The notes under the pieces are model-generated. The model had not been told where the DNA came from, made no database searches, and was given only the letters and a program-made list of their open reading frames with translations. DNA of 64,000 bases from the NCBI RefSeq assembly GCF_963506605.1, contig NC_083294.1:30070001-30134000 (forward strand). Direction: 5' to 3'. Position numbers and translations under genes: made by a program. Positions 23,028 to 33,000 of the stretch are shown in pieces. This DNA is from Zootoca vivipara (lineage: Eukaryota). Numbering within the stretch: the first letter of the stretch is position 1; each line of letters opens with the position of its first letter.

Positions 23028-25926
23028 CTGCGGGGGGGGGGGGGATGCAGGGGACAGGAAGCAGAGCAAATAGTGAGCAAGCTGAAAAACAGGCATATGA
23101 GGGTTCCTGCACAGAAAGCCACATTTTAAGAGGGTATGGTCACCTTAGGCCACTCCCTCCACCTGATACTGAAGACATTCCTCACATTTCACATTTACAT
23201 ATAAAAGTGAGGTCTCTGCTATTCAATTTCCCACCTAAAGCACCTTCGTGTGGAATGACAAAAGGATTAGGGGAGGGCTAGTACCTCTGATGGGAGTAAT
23301 TTGTCCACCTTTGGTCCCTACCCTGCACCTAGCTCTCACCTAGAAGCTGTCAGCATGTGACAGCAGCCACAGCCCTGGGACTGGTTGTATTGGCCGGCTG
23401 AACCAGGTGAGGGTAGCTAATGGGTCTCAAGCCCTCAGTGAGTTAGGGACTTTCCCCTGCATACAGAGACAGGCTCCAGTGGATTGAGTGGATGAGATCA
23501 ATAGTGGGTCCCATGGTCAAGAAAGTGGTTTCTGCCCATGCTGTGTAGAGAGAAGTGAGGGGCAGATGGGGATTGTCAACCTAGGGAGGCAGCCGACCTA
23601 GGAGAAGGAAAACTTTGATCCTAAACCTCTGCTGCTTTGTAATATATCTTCAGGAGTCCCTAAGATGGCTGGATAGCGTCTTGTGTGCCTCCTTCCAGCA
23701 ACTCCTGCAGCCAGGATGGTGCCAAACATATTGTTCTGCTTTCCTTTGGACCATATAAGTGAGGCCAAGAGCAGGGTTCTGCTATCTGGGCAGCCCAGGA
23801 CCTCCATACACACTGCCCAGGGTTGCACCCCAGTGCTTGCTAACACAGCGGTTTGACTTAACCCACAGAGGCACATTCCACTGTCTCTCGAGACAGAAGG
23901 ATGTCATTCTCCTCCTCCTCACAAGAAGCACTCTGATACAATAAGGCAGTATCAAGACAGAAAGGACATTTTGCAATGGCCCTTGGTCAATTTCCAATAC
24001 AATAATTCTGGTTGATCTGTCACCTAAGTAATTTGGAAGAATCCAAAAGCAACACTTTTTATGAGGACCAAGTGAAGTGTCACCATCCAGGAAAAAAACA
24101 AGCTTTTGAGAGCCCCCAAATTCTTTTTTAGGTTGGGTATTCATGTAAAACAATAACAAACAAAAGAGCAGGGGGACAAGTTAAAACATGTTTCAGTACA
24201 TGGTATGATGGGAAACCCAGGTGGCGCTGTGGTTAAACCACTGAGCCTAGAGCTTGTTGATCAGAAGGTCGGCGGTTCGAATCCCTGTGACGGGGTGAGC
24301 TCCCGTTGCTTGGTCCCAGCTCCTGCCAACCTAGCAGTTCGAAAGCATGTCAAAATGCAAGTAGATAAATAGGAACCGCTACAGCGGGAAGGTAAATGGC
24401 ATTTCCATGTGCTGCTCTGGTTTGCCAGAAGCGGCTTTGTCATGCTGGCCACACGACCTGGAAGCTATACGCCGGCTCCCTCAGCCAATAATGCAAGATG
24501 AGCGCGCAACCCCAGAGTTGGTCACGACTGGACCTAATGGTCAGGGGTCCCTTTACCTTATGATGGGAAACCCCTGCAGCCTATAACATCTTTTCCAGGT
24601 TAGTCTTCTTCTTGATTACTAAGACACAACTGGTAGGACTGTATGGTCATTCAAATGAAAGGTTAAAATTCATTATAACAGTCCTACCAATTGTCTTTTG
24701 ATAAGTTAAGGGCAAAGCAATAGGAGAGCGTTGTCCTCTCAATGTTCACAGAGCATCACTGTCCCATGCAAGCACAGCTTAGGACTTCAGAACCTTCTCC
24801 TACAATTGTCCACCTACAGAGCACTAAGGTTGTTACAAAAGGTTCCCAATGGGAAGTGTGTTTGAAAAAAAAAGACATTTTCTTTCTCCACAAGCTCAGA
24901 GTGACTGGCTGGGTCCAGGTCTTTGTGAACAGAGACTAGTCTTAAACTTGAAAGTATCATTTATTTCAGAGTCCGCTGGTCACTTACTTCAAAACCAGCA
25001 CATTGCAGAACAAAAACATAAGAGGGATGTTCATTGTTTCTGTTTCAAAAACACTTCGCCTTTAGCAGTTGGCTTGGAAGATGACTTGGAGGGACTGTAC
25101 AGCACATACAGAAGATCTCAGGTTCAATCCCTGGCATCGCCAGTTAGCAAAAATGCCTCTGCCTGTCAGAGACCTTGGAGAACTGCTGCCAGCCAGAGTT
25201 TACAGCAATAATGAATGTTCCAGGTCCCCTCCAGATGCTGCTGCCTTCAGAGATAATGTAGGTAGCAATCAGAGAGAGAACATTCTCTCTGGTGGTGCCC
25301 CAAGAGTACCATGTTGGGCTTGTCCCATTCACTTGAGTTTTTAACAGTCACTAACTAAAGCACATCAAAGTGCAAAGTAGATAAATAGGTACCGCTCCGG
25401 TGGGAAGGTAAACGGCGTTTCCATGCGCTGCTCTGGTTTGCCAGAAGCGGCTTAGTCATGCTGGCCACATGACCCGGAAGCTGTAGGCCAGCTCCCTCAG
25501 CTAGTAAAGCCCAGATGAGCACTGAAACCCCAGAGTCGTCCACGACTGGACCTAACGGTCAGGGGTCCCTTTACCTTTACCTAACTTCTCTTGGTTTTGT
25601 TCCATTTTATTTTCTTATTGCCAATTAATTTTTGTAATTTCAAACTATGATCTTACTGAACGGCTTGAAGACCCAGAAAAGGCAGAGATGGGGAACCTGC
25701 AGCTTGCTGGATGCTGTGACCCGGCAGCATGGCCCAATGGTCAGAGATTATGGGAGTTGGGAGTTCAGCAACATTCTGGAAGGTCACAAGTTCCCGGCCT
25801 ATCCCAGGTATAATAATTTTAAATAGATTTTCTTTTTAAATGAAACAAACCCAAACAACGCAACATACCTTGCAAGCATTTCTGGATTTCACAGGCATAC
25901 TTCTGGCAGGGGTCTTTCTGAGCCAT
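22864..25926 (-). CDS. CMC4: Cx9C motif-containing protein 4 (p8 MTCP1NB), join(complement 25869..25926, 22864..23027), 73 aa
   Basis: MAQKDPCQKYACEIQKCLQ|ANNYLESKCEAVLQEMRRCCARFPKGRSISCSGF..., twin CX9C pattern, phase-1 GT-AG intron. Confidence 0.95.
23285..23835 (+). mobile_element. Probable RTE-clade LINE 5' UTR fragment (a related start GGAGTAATTTGTCC recurs at ~40115)
   Basis: Contains CTAGGAGAAGGAAAACT.TGA..CTAAACC, a motif I recall from RTE 5' UTRs. Confidence 0.45.
24219..24558 (+). mobile_element. Sauria SINE, near full length
   Basis: tRNA-like head with GGTTCGAATCC B box, ACCTTT tail, 15-bp TSD TATGATGGGAAACCC. Confidence 0.88.
25356..25580 (+). mobile_element. Sauria SINE, 5'-truncated
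   Basis: Homologous to the 3' two-thirds of 24219-24558; CCTTTACCTTTAC tail. Confidence 0.85.
25869..25926 (-). CDS. CMC4: CMC4 first coding exon (exon likely begins at 25936)
   Basis: Acceptor ttttag then 10 nt then ATG; MAQKDPCQKYACEIQKCLQ; donor G|GTATG. Confidence 0.93.
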
Positions 25927-27381
25927 GTCTGTGGAACTAAAAGAAAAGGAAAATACAACTGTAGTTAAGAACTGAGGGAGTGAGCTAGCAAGGTATCTCC
26001 TAATAATCCTGCCCACTGGCAAGGCTCATTTTTCTTGCACAGCAAGGACTGATCCCTTTCAAGCGCATCTATGGCTACAGTCCCAGAGCCCTCTGAAAAT
26101 GTCTCTCTGCCCAATCAAGCAAACCAGTGTGAAATACAATGTCTTGTGCCCTCCCACATCCCCCAAAATTCTGTCAAAGATGGGACAAGAAACACCTATG
26201 ATTGCTTTGTTGGTCTAGTAAAGTCCAGGTTCCCCCCTACCCACCCCTGCCATTTCTAGAGTGACACTCAGGACTATAGATGCATCCTTTTCATTGTGGA
26301 TTCTGCACCGAGAATAGGTTGGACTAGAATATTTCCAAGGTCCCTCTATGAGCGGCAGCTTGGACTAGAAGGCCCCCTGAAGAACCACCGGAGGGGCAGG
26401 GGGAGAGATCACCAAGTAAGCACTGACGATGCTTGTTAAGACAGGGTTCTCCCCTCTGAGTCAATGTCTTGCATAGCATGAAGGGGGTGATGTAACTTCT
26501 GGCAACACTGCAGCAGATTAGTACAAAGGGGGGGGGGGAAACCTGTGGCCCTCCACAGATGTTGCTGCGCTACAACTTCCATCATCCCTGACCACTGGCC
26601 ATGCTGGCTGGAGCTGATGGAAGCTGAAGACTGCCACAGGCTTCCTCCCTCCTGGATTAGTAGAGCAACGAACCACATTTGCAACATTCTGAACTGCTGA
26701 ACAGCGAGGCAGCTTTTCAGACCGATTTAACTCAGCAAGAATGCACAGGCCACCTTGCTGGGTCAGAACAATGTTCATCCCACCCCACAGTAAGAGGCCT
26801 ACCAAGCCCCACAGTGACCACGGTCAACCATATGCCTTCCGGGAAGCTCATAAGCAGGACATGAGAACAATAGCCCTCTTCTGCTTCTGCACCCCAGCAA
26901 CTGGTTCAGCATCTTGTCCCCTATAGTGGCTTCCCAGCCGCTTCCAGGAAACTAAACACGGAGAGAACACAATGGCAATCGCCGTGCCTTGTTGTGGACT
27001 CCAGCAATGCCCCGAAATTGGTGCCCTGACTATATTTCCAGTGGAGGGCAGCGGGGAGGAGGGGAGGTGTTCCATCCTGCCTACCTAGAACTCCCCCTGT
27101 TATTTCAACTGGTCGCGTCACTCTTCTTCACTGCCTGTCCTAATCTCTCGGGTGGTCCTGCCAAGAGAGCTGCCTGCCATGCTCCACCACAGAGGCAGCA
27201 GCTTTTTAGTGCTGGGAGTTACCACATAAAAAAACAAAACAGGGATACCATCCTAGAGTCACACAGCTCCTGAAAGACAAAAACCAGCATTAAAAGAACC
27301 GCCGTGACTGCAAAAAGTAAAGAGAAAGGAGGAAGGGGGCGGGGGAGACTGAGAGTGGGAAAACAGCAGAGCTCACCAGAT

Positions 27382-27944
27382 TTAATCACTTGGGAGGAGT
27401 TTCAGCAGCAGCTCTTCCACTCCCATGATCTGCAAGAGACAAAAGAAAACATTCAGTGCATCCCAATAAGATGCTGGCTCATCAGTGCTGGAGTCACAGC
27501 TAAGCAGCTTGTGTCTTTTTTCCCCCTGCCTGGAACCTTACCATTAAATGGTGTTCGATGTTCCAGATGCGAGAGTTACTGTCCCGGTACTGCTGTCCCT
27601 CTGAAAGCTGCCACATGTGGGGCAGCTGGGATGCAGGAAGATGGCTGGGGCACACTGCCTGGCCCAGGGGGACCCGGACTCTCCTGATCCGGGCTTTCAC
27701 TGTATCTGCCTCCTGGGGGAAGAAGCAACCAAAAAAGGGGGGGTAGAGGAGAGAGAACATGAGCTGTTGCTAAAAGGCTAAAACCAAAACACCAAAGCAA
27801 AAGGGTGCTGAAAGTATTCCTGCTTACCTCTTCTGATGCCACCAGCCATGTTTTCTGGTTCTCATCACAGTAGACACCTATGCGCCGCACCCAGAGGCGG
27901 ACTGGTGGGGCTCGGGCATCACCACCTTCCTCTCCTTCTGCCAT
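27382..27944 (-). CDS. MTCP1: Protein p13 MTCP-1 (TCL1 family), join(complement 27828..27944, 27542..27712, 27382..27429), 111 aa
   Basis: MAEGEEGGDARAPPVRLWVRRIGVYCDENQKTWLVASEE|EADTVKARIRRVRVPLG...SQLPHMWQLSEGQQYRDSNSRIWNIEHHLM|IMGVEELLLKLLPSD; aligns with human p13 (LW..GIY.DE.QRTW, QLPLMWQL, QELLLKLLPDD); phase-0 GT-AG introns. Confidence 0.95.
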
Positions 27945-28506
27945 GCCCTGTTTCTCTTCCTAGGAAGGCCCTACCTTGGCTCCCATTCTATACATGGTCC
28001 CCTTTGTCTCTGAACAAAGACATGGGATCAACTGTTAGTCCTGAAAAGAACCAGCACTGGGCATGGCAGCCAGGTGGAATGCAACTTCCTTGAACTATGT
28101 GAAGCATTTTTTTTTTAATTCTTTTAAGAGAAGACGGGGAATGCACAGCTGCCACAGTAAAACAGAAAGCTGCCTTGTTGGTCTATCTGAAGTCAGACCA
28201 TTGGTCTATCTGGATCAAATCTTGAACGCACCCGCCTTCGCCAAAATGAAGCACGCCCCCCCCCCCCCAAGATGTTTTGGACTATGACGGTCATCAGACC
28301 CAGGCAACACAAGATGCCAGTGGCTCCCCATGGTTACAGGCTTTTCTGAGTCCTCTCCAGAAATGCCAAGGACCTGGGACCTCTTGCATGCAAACCAGGT
28401 GCTGCATGACCCTGGGGCTTCAGGAGATTATTTAGGAAAAATACAGCCCGCTTGAAAGACTCACAGCAATCGTTTTGGATGAAATGTGCTACAGAATCAT
28501 GAACTT

Positions 28507-28531
28507 CAGGTGCTACTGAAGGAATTTTTTT
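28507..28531 (+). mobile_element. Penelope-derived 25-bp micro-insertion
   Basis: AGGTGCTACTGAAGGAATTTTTTT flanked by 8-bp direct repeat ATGAACTT. Confidence 0.6.
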
Positions 28532-30874
28532 ATGAACTTGGAGCTATTTAATGGGACCTGCTGTCATCCAAGTTGGCCATAGAGTGCTGAGGATTCACGC
28601 TGCACAGCTGTCAGCAACTAGTGGCCTGTGGACAGAATAATGGTTTGCAGATGACTTAGCCCACTAAACTGATACCATATCTATCCATTTGCTTTCCAGT
28701 CTCTTTTTTCCATTTTGGTTCCTGTGTTTTCTTCTTTCACTCAATTCTCCATTTCAATCTGTGGCATCTTCTAGGAAGGGGCGGGGGGGACCTCCCCCTA
28801 CAACACCCAAACATGGTGAGTTTCCTCCACTAAACCTGGAAGTTAAGAGGAAGTGCAACCCCTGTCAGTTCTCTCCTTTGCTCTTGCTCAAAAATCTGCA
28901 AGTACTGGAGAAGCTAGGAGTGCAAAACTATGGAAATTGTGAGGAGCAAATTGGCTGAGTCCCACCAACCCCGAGTACTAGAAGTTCTCCTTTCCCTATT
29001 TCAATCGAGTTGTCAAGCAGTGGTCACTGACATAGGAAGATGAACATTATTTCAGCAGGGAAAGTCTATTCTACTTGGCAACTCACCACAGAATCCATGG
29101 TACGACAAGCTAAAACCCTTGTATTGGGGCGAAGCTTTGTATAAAAAGGGTGACACGGATGGAGTGGGAGAGGAAGAAAAATTAGAATAGCACCCAGAAG
29201 ATCTTTTTCACATTTTGGTCATGATGGACACTGTGAAGGCTGGAGAATGCACAGGTGCTTATCACAACTCACGATGTGTGTGTGGGGAATCACTCCTCAA
29301 TAGTGTGGGAAGTGCGGCAAGAGACGGTGTGAAAGGAAAGACAGCAGATTAAGAGGACAAAAGCACGTAGTTTTCCTGAAGCACAGCAGGAGCACTTCCT
29401 TTCTAGCGAATTAAGCACCTAACAACAATGATGTCTTAAGCCAGGGGTAACCAACATGGCATTGTTCTCCAGATGCAATGATGGCCACCAACATGGGTGA
29501 CTTTAAAAGAGGATTAGACAAATTCATGGAGGGATAAAGCTATCAACGGCTACTAGTCATCAGCCAGATCCAGCAAGATGTTTTTATATATTGTTGGACT
29601 CCAACTTCTTGTCATCTCCAGCCAGCATGGCCAGTGGTCAGGGATGATGGAAGCAGTAGTCCAATTAGCATCTGGGGGACCCCATGCTGGCTACGTCTGC
29701 TCCAAGCTGAAAGGAGGACAAAGTCAGGTTCACATGCTAACATGCTGGGAGTATAAACGGAGGTTGTGGTGATGTGGTTAACTACTTTGGCACCAGCTCT
29801 TGAGAAATTTGTATCCACAGCCACATCATTGCAAAAGATGCATGAATAGGATCGAGGCAGGAGGCTTCCCCACCCCCACCCCCACTCCAGAAATGGCACA
29901 ACCAGTAGAATTCCTCCAGCACTCCACAGGTATCCTTGGAATCAAACTGCTAAGCATACCATGTACTGTAGGGGGCTCAAAGCACAGAGTAAGAGTCAGC
30001 GCACACTGTTGTTGCGTAAGAGGGCTTCCGAACAGGAAGGAACATGCAAACTGTATTGACAGAAGCCCGCCCCTCCAAAAAGTTGACATGGGATCAAGAT
30101 ATTATCAGAGTCAGCTGGGACCCACTTACTCAAAAGCCTACAGTTTTCTTTAGTGATATAAGTGCCCAAGTTTTCGTTTCTGCAGCAAACTTTCCTAACA
30201 GAACAAAGTACTCTTATCTTGTCATGGGACTATGTTCCACTTTGACTCAGAGAGGAGACCATGGCCAAGACTGGTGGGTTTTTCCCTCCCCCTACACCTG
30301 GGGGGGTCTTCCAAATAAGTTTTCTGTCCATGTAGAAAGTCTGTTTGTACACAGCAAGTGTTGTGAGAGGGTGACCAATGTTGTAACTGTGCCACCAGAG
30401 TACGCAACCCGTGTTGTGATCCTCATGGTGCTCTTTCACTCCTACAAGCAATCATAATATCTGTTACAAAGACAGGCAGCCACCCCCAGAACTGGAAACA
30501 GCCACTAATTTCCCCAGCATTTCCCCTTATCTGCCGAATCCTGCTTGTCAGAGGAAACAGAAACTTAGTAAAAAAAAGATCAGCAGGAGACATTACTGCC
30601 TAGAAGATAAAACAACAGCAACCTCTCTGGGTCAGGAAGTGACTACCTGATCTGTGATGATGTCTTCTCTTTTAAGCCTCTGTTCCAAAGCTGAGCTTTT
30701 GACAATTGAGTTTCTCCTTCATCACCCTCCAGCCAACTGCTTATCAGGTTACCAGCATGCAAAGAGGTGTGGCCTTGCACAGCTATTGCAAAATAGACAC
30801 CGCTGAAAGTACCTTTTACAAGACAAACAGGAATGCAATTGGTGACGGCGGAAGGATGGTAATAAACCTGAACT

Positions 30875-31210
30875 ACCCAGGTGGCTAGGGCTTGCTGATC
30901 AGAAGGTCGTGGTTCGAATCCCTGCAACGGGGTGAGCTCCCGTTGCTCGGTCCCAGCTCCTGCCCACCTAGCAGTTCGAAAGCACATCAAAGTGCAAGTA
31001 GATAAATAGGGACCGCTCCGACGGGAAGGTAAATGGCGTTTCCATGCGCTGCTTTGGTTCGCCAGAAGCAGCTTTGTCATGCTGGCCACATGACCTGGAA
31101 GCTGTCTGCGGACAAGCGTCGGCTCCCTCGGCCTATAGAGCGAGATGAGCGCCGCAACCCCAGAGTCGGACACGACTGGACCTGATGGTCAGGGGCCCCT
31201 TTACCTTTAC
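30875..31210 (+). mobile_element. Sauria SINE
   Basis: Same family; small deletion in the head. Confidence 0.87.
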
Positions 31211-32129
31211 ACAGAAAATCAGCAACCAAAGGAGACTGTAGTTTCCACAAAGCAGTTGATTATTGCAAATCATATCAAAACAACTGCTTAATGAAAGGTA
31301 CAAGATGAAGAACGAAAGCCTTGCCTTTCACTACTCTTTCCTACAAGTTGCTAAAATCATGGTCAACTTAAATGTGCAAAATGAAGAAACTTCTTCCCCT
31401 CCCCCATCCTTGCTCCTGATTTTGAGGAGTTTCAATGTAACGGAGACAGTAGGCAGTTTCTGGAACAAAGAAACTCCCAACTAGAAAGGCCTCTTTCTAA
31501 GCAGTATAAGACCAGGAAGAAGAACTTGCGTATCTTTGTTGAGTTTAAGCTTCCTGGACTCAGGCCAGATGGACTCAGGGCCAGATGCGCAAGTAACAAC
31601 AGAAATCAGTGACATATTCCCAATGCAATGTCAAGAGTGAGGTCTTCTGGGGAAAGGGCCCCTTTGTAATATCCCACTTGGATTTCCACCGGCAGAGCTT
31701 TTGCACCTTAGCAGACAGAAATCCAACAGACAAATCTTCACTTGTCACTGCAGCACTATCCTGGAAGCTACACCTCTCGAGTTTTCGCCTGCCCCCCCCC
31801 AAAAAAAACCACCCACAGGAAAGTAGCCTGGTTGATCTAGCAGGTGTAGCAGCTGAGAAGAGAACATATTCGTCTGCACCTTCTAGGTTGCCAGTCAGTT
31901 GCTTCCTACGTTCATCACCTTCTTCTCCCCCCTCCCACACTGAAAGCAGCTCTGAGCAACATCAGTACGAGACAGGCAGAAGCTCTACAGGTCCAGCTTT
32001 ACCTAGTGCAGCGGAGCTACGCCTGTTGAATTTCTGCCAGCAAAGGGAGCTTAGCCACTTTCCTAATCCCAGCTCACCCAAAGTTTTCCCCCCTCCTCTT
32101 TCTCTTTTCCACCCACCTCCACTATCCCG

Positions 32130-33000
32130 GGGGAGTCTCCATGACAACAGTTTCCTCACTCTAGCGGTGAGGCAACTGCCCTGATTTGCACGCAGAAAGA
32201 TCTAGCACCCCACTCCGCCTCCCTGGCGAGACTGCCCCGTCCCGCTCGAGGAGTAGCCGGGCGCTACCTGGCCTCCAAAGTGGAGCTTCTCCGCCCTGCA
32301 CTCGGCGGGTCTCCCTCTCCCTCCCGCTTCAGCCCCTCAGCCCCTCAGGCGCGCAGCTCTGCCCGACGCCGACGCCCCCCTTCGGGCGGAACCGACCTGG
32401 GCCAGCGACGCCAGCGGAACCAAAGAACGCTCCTTGCGCGGGGCTAGCCGGACACTTTTGCGAATGGACAGGAAGTCGGCGTTGTCCAGGAAACACTACC
32501 TCCCTCTCAGCAGAGGCCTAGCCGGAAGCGATGCTCAGGACCGCAGAACTGCTTTCCTAACCGCTTTCGCCCCAGACTCGTAAGGTTGGAAGGGACCCTG
32601 AGTGCCATCTAGTCCGACCCCCCCTGCAACGCCTAACGTTGGTCTTGGACCCACAGCCGTGAGAAACAAAAAGAATCTCATGTGCTGCTACCGGCTGAGT
32701 GATCCCCGGCCTCCCCTCTAAGAGGGGAGACAAGGAGCGGCGAAGAAGAGCGAAGCGGGCGGCGATGGCGTTGCAGGCGGCGCACCTGGAGGCCGACGCC
32801 TTCCTCGTCTGCATGGTCCACGCGCTGAGCACTGAGCAAGAGGAGGTCATGGGCCTCTGCATTGGCGAGGTAAGGAGTGCGTCCTGCTGCTGCCGGGGAA
32901 TCCTGCCGGGGAGGGACCAGGGGATGGCTTGGAAGTCCCGCTGGGTGCAGGGTGCTTACCTTCTGGGCGGATCCGTTACAGGCCGCAGCCATAACCCTCA
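32130..33000. promoter_or_regulatory. Bidirectional CpG-island promoter shared by MTCP1/CMC4 (minus) and BRCC3 (plus)
   Basis: CpG-rich; ETS motifs CAGGAAGT ~32469 and CCGGAAG ~32522; RFX-like GTTGTCCAGGAAAC 32481-32494; candidate minus-strand donor CAG|GTAGCG at 32268/32267 for a non-coding first exon. Confidence 0.78.
32765..32869 (+). CDS. BRCC3: BRCC3 exon 1
   Basis: MALQAAHLEADAFLVCMVHALSTEQEEVMGLCIGE; donor GTAAGG. Confidence 0.93.

Noticed and set aside
24219-24300. tRNA-like sequence with GGTTCGAATCC
   Set aside because: SINE head continuing into a SINE body; not a tRNA gene.
30643-31173. Recurrent ORF with ASMTKPLLANQSS-like peptide (also 24261, 25355, 50652, 61353)
   Set aside because: Antisense translation of Sauria SINE copies, not a gene family.
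31609-32521. Long ORFs (191 and 111 aa) upstream of BRCC3
   Set aside because: Non-ATG starts, low-complexity Ser/Pro-rich translation at a CpG island edge, no homology recognised.
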